The notes under the pieces: model-generated
Told to the model about the DNA's origin: nothing
Database searches by the model: none
Seen by the model: only the letters and a program-made list of their open reading frames with translations
Translations under genes and position numbers: made by a program
In this document: in pieces, positions 26,235 through 40,410 of the stretch
Position numbering within the stretch: the stretch's first letter is position 1
Layout: each line of letters starts with the position of its first letter
DNA from: Camelus dromedarius
Taxonomy: Eukaryota
Direction: 5' to 3'
Assembly: GCF_036321535.1 (NCBI RefSeq)
Contig: NC_087463.1
Coordinates: forward strand, 13,764,001 to 13,828,000
DNA length: 64,000 nt

Positions 26235-27947
26235 TAATTGGTAGTTACATTGAAAAATTTTCACAACTGTATTTATTGGCGTCTTTTGGTAGCTAAGCAT
26301 TTGAAAGACTCAGTACAATTCGAGGCACTGTTTGATGATGTAAAACATTTTAACATGGTCAATATTAGCACAATTTTTAGATTTACATATAATATGCCCC
26401 TAATAGAGCATTCACCTTTCTTTAAGAGTAAAAATAATTTTATACTGACAACAAAGTGGCAATGACTTTTCAGTGAAATTCATATTGATGATATAAATTG
26501 TTTTACATTACCATACAGTTATAAACATAATGACAGATGTGATTTTAGAAGGATAAAAATAATTATGTAGTAATGGTGACTAATAATAGTTCATTATTTG
26601 AACAAGGCATTGCGATATCTCCCCATTATTTGAACAAGGCATTGTGATTTAAATCATTAGGATTATAAATAAGGAATAAAGACATTTCTTATCTAAAAAA
26701 CCCCAAAGTTTATTATGATTTCTAAAAACCTACTTAAATCAATTTAAAGTTGAAATATGCTTAGTACTAGGTTTCCAACTCTATATTCTTTGAGTACTAA
26801 TTAAGAAACTGGTTTTAGAAATACAGTTTCCTTTGCTTATGTTCTGGGTTTCCGTAGCTTTTCCGTTCTGAACATTTTGTTCCATCTTTATGTGGAGGAG
26901 ATGGTGAAGGGAGAGAATTATTTTTTCTGTGAATATTTTGAATATACAGAATGTAGACGTGTCTGTACAGTTAAGGTTCTCTATAACCTGCCCCTTTTTC
27001 TCTTAACTTAAACTCCTACTTACTGCTCTCCAAACTAGACAGTCCCTTCTGTTTAAACTAAGGGATAATGACATTTAAAAAAATACATAAAATAAAGCAA
27101 ATCCATAGCACATTTCTTTTTTTAAATCACGTTTCTTTAAGTATCAGCTCCCTAATACATTTTAAGTTAAAATACATGTGTTATGTGGTGTGAGATTCAC
27201 ATTAAAATATGGAATACTGGTTGTTACAACTGTTGTGGCAACTTTTCCTGGTTAAGCATGTTGTTTATCAATTAAAACTTTCAGTCATTTTCAGACGTTA
27301 AGTTAAATCAAATTGATTATGCTTAATGCATGTAATTTCTATAAGCTAGTGCTTTTAAAGAAACAACTAATACTGAATATGGTAAATAGATTATTTGTTA
27401 ACTATAACTGTAAACACTGAAGTCTGTTTTTCACTCCTTTTCAGGATAAGCGTCTATGCTTTAATACTCAAGTTTTTGTACATTAATAATCTAAATTTTA
27501 AATTTAGGAGGCTACCACTGTTTAATATTTTGAAATAAGTGATCTCATGTGAGGCACAGGATCTTAAACAGAAAAATAATTTGTTTTAAAAATGAAAGTA
27601 CACATGAGACCCTAATAAGTGGTTTCTGTTCCTAGTGGTTTTCAGCTAATGTATCAGGCTAGGTTTAAGTGTAAATGTGACCAAGTAAAGTGTTGTGCTG
27701 TTAGCTGAAGAATATTCTAATTAAAAATTAAAAAGGAGTCCTCTATTTCTACCACTTTGGTAGTCACTAGGAATAGCAGCAAAACTAAACTAATCAGGGG
27801 CAGGCAGAAAGCTCAGATTAGCCAGTTCTCCCCTTTTGACCTTTTAAGTGGAGACTTTCCTTTTTGGTAAAGAGTGGTATATCTTTGTATTAGTTGCTTA
27901 ATAGCAGACAATTAAATAATTGCATTGCAGTGCGTAATCAGTTTTTA

Positions 27948-28049
27948 AAATTATTTATTTATTTTTTAATGAAGGTACTGGGGATTGAACCCCGGACCTT
28001 GTGCATGCGAGGCATGCACTCTACTACTAAGATATACCCTCCCCCCAAA
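27948..28049 (-). mobile_element. tRNA-derived SINE (camelid vic-1-like) with 13-bp TSD
   Basis: Antisense reads GGGGGGAGGGTATATCTTAGTAGTAGAGTGCATGCCTCGCATGCACAAGGTCCGGGGTTCAATCCCCAG (A and B boxes), then a (TAAA)n tail; TSD taatcagttttta at 27935-27947 and 28050-28062. Confidence 0.88.
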
Positions 28050-28330
28050 TAATCAGTTTTTATAAAGCAGGAAAAAAGAATATAAATATTAATTCTAGAG
28101 AAAGGATATAAATGTAGTTTTCATTTCTTTGAATGTCTGTGTTATACGATGTACTGGATTTGAGTATTAGTTGACATGTGTATTAGTGCTACAAAATTAA
28201 TTAAAAATTGTTGAGTACTCATTCTATAAATATACTTTTTTTGTTTACTTTGATACCGAGGCAAAGTACTTAACATCCGAATCTGAAGAAATGTTAACGT
28301 GTGAAATATTTTTATTAAAAATATAGCTAA

Positions 28331-28567
<237 letters not shown>

Positions 28568-28618
28568 TGAATAGCAAATTCATAATGTACATATGTCATT
28601 TTCTTCTTAGAATTATAG

Positions 28619-29017
<399 letters not shown>

Positions 29018-29145
29018 TAAAGTGTTCTGAGAGCTTTGTAACCATGAACCTGACGATGTCTGCACTATTTATTTGTAACAAATGCAGTGAATCAGTGTAG
29101 TTGTTAGTGTGCAATGTAGTTGGTAGAGTTTAATAAAATACACTA

Positions 29146-29364
29146 CAGTTGATCCCTGAACAACTCAGGGGGTTAGGGGCGCTGATCCTCCGCACAGTTG
29201 AAAATCTGCATGTAACTTTGCAGTTGGCCTTCTGTATCCGTGGTTGCACATCCTCGGATTCAACCAGCTGTGTACTGTGAAGTGTTATGTATATATTTAT
29301 TGAAAGAAATCTGCGTATAAGTGGACACACGCAGTTCAAATCTGTGTTGTTCAAGAATCAACTG
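29146..29364 (-). mobile_element. Tigger1-derived MITE (Tigger1a_Art-like)
   Basis: TIRs cagttgatccctgaacaac / gttgttcaagaatcaactg; TA dinucleotides on both flanks. Confidence 0.85.
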
Positions 29365-29529
29365 TACTCAATGTCTGTTATTGGAATAAACACCATGTAA
29401 TGACTGTAAATAAAGAAGTAACCCATTTTACCTCCTTGATATATGTTTATAATTCCATTTATTATTAGGGATCTCTATGGCATACTTAATAATTATCATA
29501 TTATCAGTAATACTGGTAATCTTTTAGAA

Positions 29530-29843
29530 CAATGCTGTCCAGTAGAAATATATGTAATAATATATGTGATTTTCTAAGTGCTACATTAAAAAAAGTAAAA
29601 ATGAAGCAGGTGAAATTAATTTTAATAACATAATTTTATTTAATCCAGTGTAGCAAAACTATTATCATTTCAATTTGTAATCAACATAAAAATGACTAAT
29701 GAGCTATTTTACATTTTGGGGGTACTAAGTCCTTGAAGTTCCAGGTATATTTTACATTTGTGGCACATAGGGACCCACTCTGGCCACATTGCAGGTGTTG
29801 AGTAGTCGCATGTGGTTTGTAGCTACTGTATCGGACAGAGCAG
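29530..29843 (+). mobile_element. MER33 (hAT-Charlie) MITE
   Basis: caatgctgtccagtagaaat...gtatcggacagagcag; 8-bp TSD ttttagaa/ttctagaa. Confidence 0.85.
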
Positions 29844-29919
29844 TTCTAGAAGATAGAAGCCTTTTTAATGGTAAAATGTATAGCTCTTCTGTCAATTCAT
29901 GTTTGCTTTTGTTTATTGA

Positions 29920-30198
<279 letters not shown>

Positions 30199-31819
30199 TG
30201 ATCATAAAAGATTATTTCACTATGGTAGAGTCAAGTTATATTGCTATCAGGTTTAATGTGAGTGGAATCTAGAGTAACTTAAAATGTGACAAGAGAATTA
30301 ATGAAGCCCTTTTAATTTTAAAGCTGAATAACAGTAATGTGTAATGTTTAGGCCAAGTTATGATTATTTACTATTGTGCACATAGAAATAGACGATGCAC
30401 ATAGTGTTTCTTCCTGTTATTGGCTCCCAAGTAGTATGACTTGTCCCGGAAACATAGTAGCAATTTAGAACATGTTTAATGAAGTTTCAGTTTTCTGTTT
30501 TAGAATAGTTTAAGTATCCTCAAAGTCATCCTGTAATTTCATTACTTTCAGGTCCGTCTGAACAAAAAGATAGTGAACATATATTTTGGTAGGAGCAGAA
30601 CACTTATCAATACTTACAGAGTTCATTTAAATGAACAACTGTGACAAGGGAAATTATAATAGACACTGACAATGACTTTGAAAAATTTTGCACATACCTC
30701 TGTGGAGGCAGATTGCTTTCTTAGTGATGTGTGTGTAAGTTAGACCACGATGTCAAGTGTAAAAAGCCAAATAAATGTTAGAAATAGGAGATTTTAGGAT
30801 GACTTAGGACAGATAAATAGTAGACCCATAATTTCTTTTACTGTTTGTTCATCATGAACTTGTTTGTGTGATCAGCCACCTAAGTGCATAGTCAGTATTC
30901 CCCAACACCCACCCATGTGCGAGCACATGCACACACACTGTCTTGCACACATATTTCACGCTTATCATAGTCCATTCAGTGTCACCAGTTATGGTCTTGC
31001 TGAAATGAAAAGCATTTTGCGTGCGTATCTGGTGCAGTGTTCACAAGGGGTCTCATTTCAAAACCCAGGAAATTTTCCTGGGCCTTTCTGCTTATGTCCT
31101 CAGTCTCCCCGTTCTGCCAACGCTAGAGTTCGTTTGACTTGGTGCTGGTGGTGGTGTAGGAAGTCCTAGTACTAGTGTGGCTCTCTCTCTTTTTTTTTTC
31201 CCCTGACAGATTTGGAAATTCAGGACTTAATTATTCTCTTCCTTCTTTTTTGATTTTTGCCTTTTTCTTTCTTTCATTTGGTCGTTCATTTTTTTTGTCT
31301 TCATCACTGTGAAAAATTGCTGTGCAATTATTTAAATAAGTAATTTTACGTCTATTTTAGTGAAATAGATATCATTGTAATTGTACTCATAAGTTACAGC
31401 GCTCTTAGAACCCCTGTCCTAAACTTCATTTTACAGTAGTTACGCCCCATGGTAAAACATGAGTTTTTTTCACCTCTGACTGCAAATTTGAAATACCTAA
31501 TTTTTTTGATGCCGAAATGGATAATTTATCTTATTCCAGTTTAGAGCAACCATTTCTGATTTGGCTGGGGAGGCCAAAAAGACACACCAAATGCCTGAGG
31601 GGTCTGAGGAAGAGAGCAGCTGAAAGGAGAGCAGACACTTTTGAGGCTTCTGGAGTGCGGCAGCAGCAGACTTCTCTAAATCTCTAACACTAGGACTGTG
31701 CATTTGCAGATGAGAATCAGCTGACCTCTCCCCTCCATGTCCCTGCCCACTTCTCTTACTTTCCGTCTTACTTATCAGGGAACATTTGTGTGTGTAATGC
31801 AGTCTGATGCCATTTACTT

Positions 31820-32050
31820 ACATTAGAAAAACATGCACAGCCATATTATATATTTATGGATACATGTATAGGTAGTAAAATTGTTAAAATTGAACTGGAA
31901 AAATAAGTACCAACTTCAGATTCTGTTTCCTTTTGGGAGTGATGGGAATAAGTATGGAAGGGAGCAAAAGATGTGACCTAAGTGTCATGTTTTATTTCCT
32001 TTTAGTAAATGTGTATTTGATATTACTTCCCTCTTTCATTGGTGTGGATG
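31820..32050 (+). mobile_element. L1ME/L1MC 3' end fragment
   Basis: atatttatggatacatgtataggtagtaaaa...aacttcagattctgtttccttttggg. Confidence 0.5.
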
Positions 32051-33384
32051 ATTGGATCATCATAGCTTTTTGCTGCTGCTAGAACTTAATTCAGAACAGA
32101 ATTTTTGGAAAATGTTTCGAAATAAATTATGTACCAACAATATATATGTTTCCTAGTGTGAGGCTAAGTTCTTTAATTGATTAGTTTTAAATGATTACTT
32201 TTCCTTTTATCTCACTGAGCTTGTGTTGTTACCTATCCAGAAGGGGGCAGCATGAGTTTGTGAAAATGGGATTGTCAGGTATCTAACCTTTTTGTGCCTT
32301 CCTTTGACAATATTAAATCCCTAGCTCTTAGAGACAGAGACCCGATGGTGAGAATGGTGTATGTGACTGTATGTGTGCTAAGTGCCTCATGTTCGCAGCC
32401 GGTAAGAACAATGGACAACGTAGGTTTTCTTTGTAATGTATTTTTAACCTACAGATAATTTCTATTCCTGTATAATCTAATTTATCTTTTTTCTATTAGC
32501 TTCTTTCATATTTTTGAATCCTAGAGTCTTCCCCTACCCAGATATTTGATGAAATTTGATTAAAAAACAATGCCTGAATTGAAGCAAACATCAAATACTT
32601 GAATCTATCTGAAATTTATTTATGTCTGTGGGTTGAGGAAAGGATAAAAATCATCTGTTCTTCCCTAAAGTAACAGATTATCTCAATGTCATTTATTAAA
32701 TAAATTCTTCTTTGATAGGTAATATCTTCTTAATCTTACATTAAATTCTTCATATTTATTTGTTCTTTTATTAATAAGGAAGCAGTTGAAGAGAAATGGA
32801 GTTCCACTATATCTTTAGTGTCTTTTGTATGTAGTGAATGAATGGAGATATTAAAACTTGTCCTTTAAAGTCTTATTTTCATTAGAACATAACTGTTCTA
32901 TTAGGTGGTTAATCAGTGTTTTGTTTGGACCATATGGTCTTATTTTCTAAAATAGCTATTAAAGAAACAACTCTACCTTTTTTTTTTTAAAGAAGGATGA
33001 ACTATGGATTTCTGTAAAAAAATTTTTTTAATCTAGTTTTGTGAATGTGTGGAAATGAAATTAACATTTACAGGCTCTTTTTTCGCCTTCAGGTAGAGTA
33101 TTTAAAAGTGATAAATGAGGCATCTTAACTGCACATTTATGTTCCAGAGAAAGAGTTCTGGGAAGTAAGAAATAATGATTAAGAGAATAGGGGTGTTGAT
33201 TTATGAGTGAAAGCCGGTCATTTATAGCTTCTCTAATGATGGGCATATTTAAAAGGAGAGACAGTAGTTAGTGTTCATGTATTTAGAGAATATTCAGACA
33301 AAGAAAAAAATTGTTTTGGACAGCTAAGAGATTGAAATAATATGAAGAAAAGTATAGTTTAGAAAACAAATTAGCAAAAGTAGA

Positions 33385-33398
33385 ATATATATATATAC

Positions 33399-33430
<32 letters not shown>
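33385..33430. repeat. (AT)n microsatellite containing a perfect 42-bp palindrome (33385-33426)
   Basis: The interrupting C33398 and G33413 are at mirror positions. Confidence 0.95.
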
Positions 33431-33431
<1 letters not shown>

Positions 33432-34104
33432 AAATTTACATTGGAAACTGTTTGAAAGCAGAATCACCTCCCCACAGAGCTGGGGAGGTGGGTGGGATAT
33501 ACCTGCTGCCTCTGATTTCTGTAATTCATGGCAGATGCTTGGGAACAGGTTACATAAGAGGTTTCTGGGAATGGTTTAAAATGAAGTCTTGTAAAATGCG
33601 TGAGGTCAGGCTGGATGACCTAGGTGGTGCATTCTGACTCTGTCAGATCCTGTGATAGCTTGTGGCATTCTGCTGCTCAGCACTAATGTACTGTGAGGAT
33701 TATTTACTGGCAAAATTCAATGAGCCTTCATTTGGTTGAGGATCAGAATTATTTGAAAAATAATAATTGGCCTTGGAATATATTTGTTTTGGTCCAATAT
33801 CTCTTCCTTTTCCTGCCCCTGTTATCTTAATTTTTTCATCTAATCAAAATAAGAGTTTTTACTTGGTTAAAAATTCTGTTGCGTTTTGTTAACCCCTGCT
33901 TTTAATTAGCTTTTGATGCTAATTGGTGCATATTGCTTCCAGGGAAGAACTAACACAGTGTTTGGAAAATGATTTTGAATAATTTTGAATAATTTCAGGA
34001 ATAAGTTCTTCCTATGAAGTACTAGACAAGTTGATCAGAGGCTCAATCCACACTGTACAAGTTCAAAAAAAATTTTTTAATGGTATTTGTGTATTACACT
34101 GCTT

Positions 34105-34875
34105 AAGTCGATTGGCAGCAGTGGGTGCTGAAGTGGAATCTGTGAGACATTATTCGGGGTACGGGGATAAAATATTAAAGCTCTTATTTCTTTTTTTGAC
34201 CTTATGAAATTGAGCTTATGAATATTTCCTAGATGGAAGGACACTGGTGCCTCTCTTGCTTCATACATCAAACAGGCACATATCACGTGGGCCGAGAGGG
34301 GGGCTGCCCCGTCACGGAGGGCCACAGCAGTGCGCTCACCAGGGGTGTGTCCAGTTAAAATGTGTTCGCTTAGCAGAACTGCAGATTGTACTGTGTAATT
34401 CTTAACTGGGCTGTTAACAACATGGACAGAGAAGAGGATGATGGAAGATACTTCCAATGAAAATGAAGTATCTTTTCATTAGCCACATTATGATGTTCAA
34501 ACAGTGATCATTCGATCAATCTTGGCAACAGGGCAGGCACAAAATTCATGATTATATAAAATATGTATTTACATCCACTATCATTAACAATGCAGCCTTT
34601 CTAAAGATATATATTGTGCTTTGAGGTATTGGCTAATGCTAACATGAAGTTATCGACATTACTAAGACATTTAAGAAAAGATTTCATTTCATCTGAAATT
34701 TGTTTATTTAAACTGAGTCGTCCCTTAAAACTGTTCTTGTGTGTGTTTTACAATGTCATGATACAGTGGCACAGAATTACATGTACAATTTATAAATATA
34801 CATGCAGTGAGAATGCATTACAAAGTTTTTTTAATGAATAGATGTGCGATCAAAAAAAAGCTTGGAACATAAATG
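34105..34875 (+). mobile_element. Charlie4-like hAT transposon deletion derivative
   Basis: 5' end cagtgggtgctgaagtgg...ggggtacggggataaaatatta and 3' end tacatgtacaatttataaatatac...gtgcgatcaaaaaaagcttggaac resemble Charlie4a/4z termini as recalled. Confidence 0.6.
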
Positions 34876-37800
34876 CTTTTTAGTTAAAGATTTGAGGTTC
34901 ACAGTTTTTAGTTATTATATTATTATTCTGATTACACAATTTAAATGTCTTATTCTTATTAAAATATCCTTGATGTTGTCATGTTTAGGTGACTTTTCCA
35001 GGTTGAAATAGAAGAAAATGAAGTAGAATGGAATGAATCAAATTACAGAATTAGTCATTGTAGGTGTAGTAAATGTTCAATAACCAAGATCGCGAGAATT
35101 TAATAATAACAAAAGAATTGTGGTATTTCAACTCATTTGTGGGAAGCTGGGTCTAAATCAAAGAGAGATAAGAGTTATCAAATATTCTTTAAGGAGTGCT
35201 TCTTCAGTAATTTTGAGGACAGATAGGAAGAAACCAAGTTAATTGTGTTTTAGCAAATCTTTTAAGTGCTTTCATTGAACAGGTAGCTGAGAATTATTTA
35301 TCATTACTCTGTTTTATTATTTGAATTAAAATTAATACCAAAGTGGTGCTTGAGAATGGTCTTTTTCTTTTCACATTTAAATAGGCTAGACATTTGCTTT
35401 GTTTGTACCATTTAATTTATTTTCACACAGCCTATGAAGGTAACCATCAACTCAGAATTAATTAGTGGAGTCAAAATTAATGAGGTTTTACTGTATTGAG
35501 CTATTTCTACTCTCGGCCACTTTTCTTCACTTGAGTTGGACTAGCATTTTCATGAAAGAAGAAAAATTAGATTTATTTAAATCTATATTTTAAAAAGCAG
35601 AGAGCCATCTTTTCTTGTGAGTTAAGTACCTCTAATAACTGTGCTTCCTTGGGCTTGGCGATATTGATTTTTGTGTGTTTATTTTCAGTCTTGATTATTT
35701 TGGCTGTTTCCAGACTGTTGCTCATTACAGTAAAGCTAGACTTAACTCTTCACATGCTTATTTTCATTTATGCGTATGGTATAACATTTTTATTTTGGAC
35801 CAAACATTTTCTTTGTGGTTGAGGCATGTCAATTGCCAGTTTTCATCATTATTGCACTATCTGAAAGGAAAACAGAACCATTCCTTAAAACGTATTTATG
35901 TATGTTTAGAAGAGAACGCGTCATGTGGGAATGAAAAGCTAGAACTTGGAGAATTCAATTATTTTTCCTTTCAGAAAATTATATCCTAAAAAAAAATTAC
36001 ATCCCATAATCTTTTTAAAGCATACCCTATGCTATTATTTAATATTTCCTTTGTGTGTTAGTTTTTACTGATAAGAGTGATAACATGATGTAGGGCTTTT
36101 AAATTTTTTTATGAGGATGGATTGTATTTTCTTGAATTAAAAAAAATTATCCATCAGCATATAAACGTCAAGGGTGAAAGTTCTGACGGTGCAACTTCTC
36201 ATGAGGAGTTCGTGCTGAAGGGCAAGTTCCTCAGAGGAAAAGGGAACCCTTTTTTCTTTGCTTAACATGTGCAGTCTTCTCTCTGCTAGGCGACAAACTA
36301 CAGTAAGAGATGTTGGCAGAGAGAGAATGCGTGGGCCAGTGGTTCTCAGTAGGCTTGTATCACCTCAGATGTTGAGATCTACCAACAGAATCTAATTTGA
36401 AAAACACCAAACGTAGTAACGAATATTGGTAAAAATTCACCTTAAAAGCAAACAGGCAAACGGACTTCACCCCAACTCATGCCTCATTTTCTCTATAATA
36501 AGGAATGACAAGAATGTATGTGAATATTAAGGAAATGATTGTCGACTTGGGGACCAGCAAGTAGGCGAATTAGGTACATGGCATTAATTAAGGGTTGGCT
36601 CATTTTAAATAAGATTTTGGAGAGCTTGTGAGTCAAAGTAGCAGAGTGAAAATTAGTGGCAGGCGTTGTGAGGCCTGATTAAAGGATGTGAATAGAATAA
36701 AAGGGACGCTGTTTAGGGATTGTTCTTTTTAGTCACTCACACACAGAGAAAAAGATCACTGTTAGATTTATTTTCTCCAATGAGAGAAATAAAATGACCA
36801 CTTTTTGGCAGATCGATGTTGCAAAATAGAAAATAGTTAACCATCATGTTGCAATCATCCCTTTTTGTAAATTGGATGATGGATGTATTTCATAAATACA
36901 AAGTCAGCAATAATGACAATCTGTAGAAATACAGAGCATCCGATGTATTAAACTGTTATCTTCAGTTAGCAATGTACGTCTGGTGAAACTCAAAAATATT
37001 TTATGTGCTGTGAAATACGTTTTATTCTAACATTGCCTATGTGTAAATGATATTTTTGTAGTTTGCCACTTCATTTTGACGTATCACTTAATTAAAAAGT
37101 GAATTTTTGCATGCCATAGTCAGCTGCCCCTCAGTTTTTAATGTCTTTTTAAAAAAAAAATCATAGTTTATGTTCAGTTGAGTGCTTATCAGGGAGCTTG
37201 AAATAAATAGCTTAACAAACGCTTGCTGAAGAAAATTCTGTATGACGTTTTATTGAATGTTTATAACACGATCTCTCTGAACTTAGTTTTCTTAACTTTT
37301 AAAATCAGTTAATACCTCCTAGGCTGATTATAGTTTTAAAATCATTATAAAACAAAAAGTACAAATAAAGCTAACACAGAACAAAATGTTAAAGCGTGAA
37401 TTTAAGAACAAGTAAGTTAGTTAAATTTTACACCCTTTTTTAAATTAATGCTCTGCTTTATTCAAACATTGATTTTATGTTGTTTACAAAAATAAATATT
37501 ATTCAGTTAGATGCAGATACAGCTAAATCATGGTGAAGAGAAAATGAAAGAAAAAGTGGATGAGGCCACTGAGAGTCCACATTGATAAATACAGTTTGGT
37601 GTTTGAGATGTCTGCCCACATCCTCCACTGTTATAGGCAGAAAATTCAGTTCCAGGTTTCTTAGTAACCAAAACATAAAAGAAATCAGTTGTAGCAGCTT
37701 TCTCCAAAGTGTGTTTCTCAAAAAACTGCATCTTCTAAGATTATGATGATCAAATAAACTTTGAGATGAGTGGTAGCGTATGCACCGTGTAGGGATAATT

Positions 37801-38586
37801 ATATCCACATCAGCATGTTAAATGTTCTTAGGAGTTCTGGGGGTAAAAACGGCAACTGTAACTTGTGTTTCCAATGCACAAATGGTAACCCACCGCCTTG
37901 CTTTTCTCATCTGATATACGCCAACATTTCCCATTGAGATAGACCAATCAGCAAGATACTGTTGTTTAGCTGAAAATCTCTACTTAGGCAAAGCCCTGGA
38001 GGATGAGGTTTGAGAATTTTCTCTTCTGGATCCTGTAGAAGGGGTAGTATGTCTGTAGTGCCATGGGCCCCATCCGCAATCAATAGCCACAACATACACA
38101 ATAACGAGTTTCGGGTGGCAGTGTTCATAGGGTTTCACCTTCATGTGATCTGGAAGCAGAATCTAATAAGTCACGAAAAGTTTGAAATTGCTTACAGATT
38201 GTCTTATAAACATGTAAAGACTTTAATTTTTAATTTTCTAGGTTATAGACTTAGTTCTCCGTAGCTAGTGAACATCTTTACCATCTTTGATTATATTTAT
38301 TCCATCTTGTTCTAAAAAGCCATGGAAGAACAAAAACTTCTATGCAGCAGAATGTTTAATTGGCTGTTGTATGTTAGTTGAGATCGTGCACCTGCTGACG
38401 TTACAAATGGAAGCTATGAAGCACATCTACAGATAATACAAATTCTTCGTAGTGCTTAAGAAATGATTGTGGCAGAGGGACCCTGAGGGTATTGTTTTTG
38501 AGCAAAGAAGCAGGGAGGAGCATGGGTCTTGTGACAAGAGTCAGAAACAGAAAGAAGCACTCCAGAAAGCAGCTCCGGTCACTAAC

Positions 38587-38632
38587 AAAGGGAAGTTCAG
38601 ACTGTGGAAAGGGAAGTTCAGACTGTGGAAAG
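38587..38632. repeat. 21-bp tandem duplication
   Basis: aaagggaagttcagactgtgg x2 plus aaag. Confidence 0.95.
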
Positions 38633-38953
38633 AGAACACATAATAGTAGATCAATTCTTTTCCCCAGCTTTGCCTGTTCACATATAAGAATTATTTTTAG
38701 TAAGGTCATCTTCAAATTTGAACAGCAAAATTTTCAAGACATCTTTCCCCTGTTTAATGGAGGATTAATTTAATATTTTTAAAAGGGTCATGATGTTGGA
38801 ACTGGGTGTTTTATGTACAATATAAAGGAAGAAAATTTTCAACACATCCTAATATTGTGGTTGGTGTTTCCAGCAGCAGTGAACGTATAATTAATTTTGG
38901 TCTAATTGAAGACCAGATCCACTTTATTCTTAATTTAATGTAAATATAATTAA

Positions 38954-39181
<228 letters not shown>

Positions 39182-40280
39182 TGAGCCAGACCAGAAAATT
39201 AAATGTTCTTATTATGATGATACATGTAAAACATTATTTTAAAATACCATACATGTTGAATTAACAATTGATACAAACACAAGAGTATGGTAAACTTGTC
39301 TAACAGGACTTAAAACATTATATTAATATGATAAAGGAAGAGTGTCATTTTCCTGAATTTCTTAGCTGCTTAAATATGTGATACTTGAATACTTTAGAAT
39401 ATGAAATTTTTTATGAGTGAGACCTTACTGAAAGACAAAGTTGCTTTTTCAGTAATTTCCCAAGTAGGAAAAGACAAATAGCTCCTAACTGTATGTGTAC
39501 TGGAGGGCCTTATTCTGATAACCAGTTTAGTACAATTAAGCCCAATACGTAATATTCCAATTTAACAATTATCTTCCGATCTTCAGGAGGAGTTTGGTAA
39601 ATAATCAGTCAACAATGGCATTCTTAAATCAAGATTAAGGTAGAGAAGCAGAATAAAATTTGGGTTTCAACCATAATGGGAGGGGTACATTCTTTTTCCT
39701 CCCTGCTGTTCAGGCTTTAGCTAGTGATGTAAAGGTCCCTGGGGAGTCAGTAAGGCACATCCTGAAGGTATTGACATTATTTATTTATTAAATTTATTTA
39801 TTTATTAAATAAATTAAAAATGAAGCTAAATAAATCACATTCGGCTAAGGTTTGACATATGAAATGTCTTTAAACTCTGAGGAGATACTTTATCTTTCTA
39901 CCTAGTGTTTTGGGAATGCATTTTTACAGATGAAGCCATATGACACCAAAACTACTCATGCATTTTGTGCAATTTTCTGTGTTTGCTGTTTTGAATTATA
40001 CTGATTATCAGTATAGTTCAAAAGGCATTTAGAAGTAATTTTAAAGACACTTAAAAATATCTTAACTTTACGCTTTTATGCAGTACTTTCTTTTAGTTGT
40101 TTTTTTCCCTCAAATGGGTACTTTTTGTCTTCAGCATTTATTTCCTAATGAAATGAAACTGAAGCTAGTAATATATAATTGAGCTAGAGAGGTAGAGGTC
40201 CAGAGTCTTCGTTTCTTTTACTGTATCTTAATTATATGCAATAGCACGTAATAGTGATGTAGAGGCCATGGAAATTGTTA

Positions 40281-40410
40281 TTTTTTTGTGGTGGGGGGAA
40301 GAGGTAGTTAGGTTTATTTATTTATTTTTAGAGGAGGTACTGGGGACTGAACACAGGACCTTGTGCATGCTAGGCATGCACTCTACCACTTGAGCTATAT
40401 CCTGCCCCCT
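40281..40410 (-). mobile_element. tRNA-derived SINE (vic-1-like, extended 3' tail type)
   Basis: gaggtactggggactgaacacaggaccttgtgcatgctaggcatgcactctaccacttgagctatatcc; tail antisense to aaataaacctaactacctc; no clean TSD. Confidence 0.85.

Noticed and set aside
32325-36310. Pseudo-exon candidates near 32325-32401 and 36290-36303
   Set aside because: Frameshifting lengths, modest splice sites and no supporting motif cluster; indistinguishable from background.
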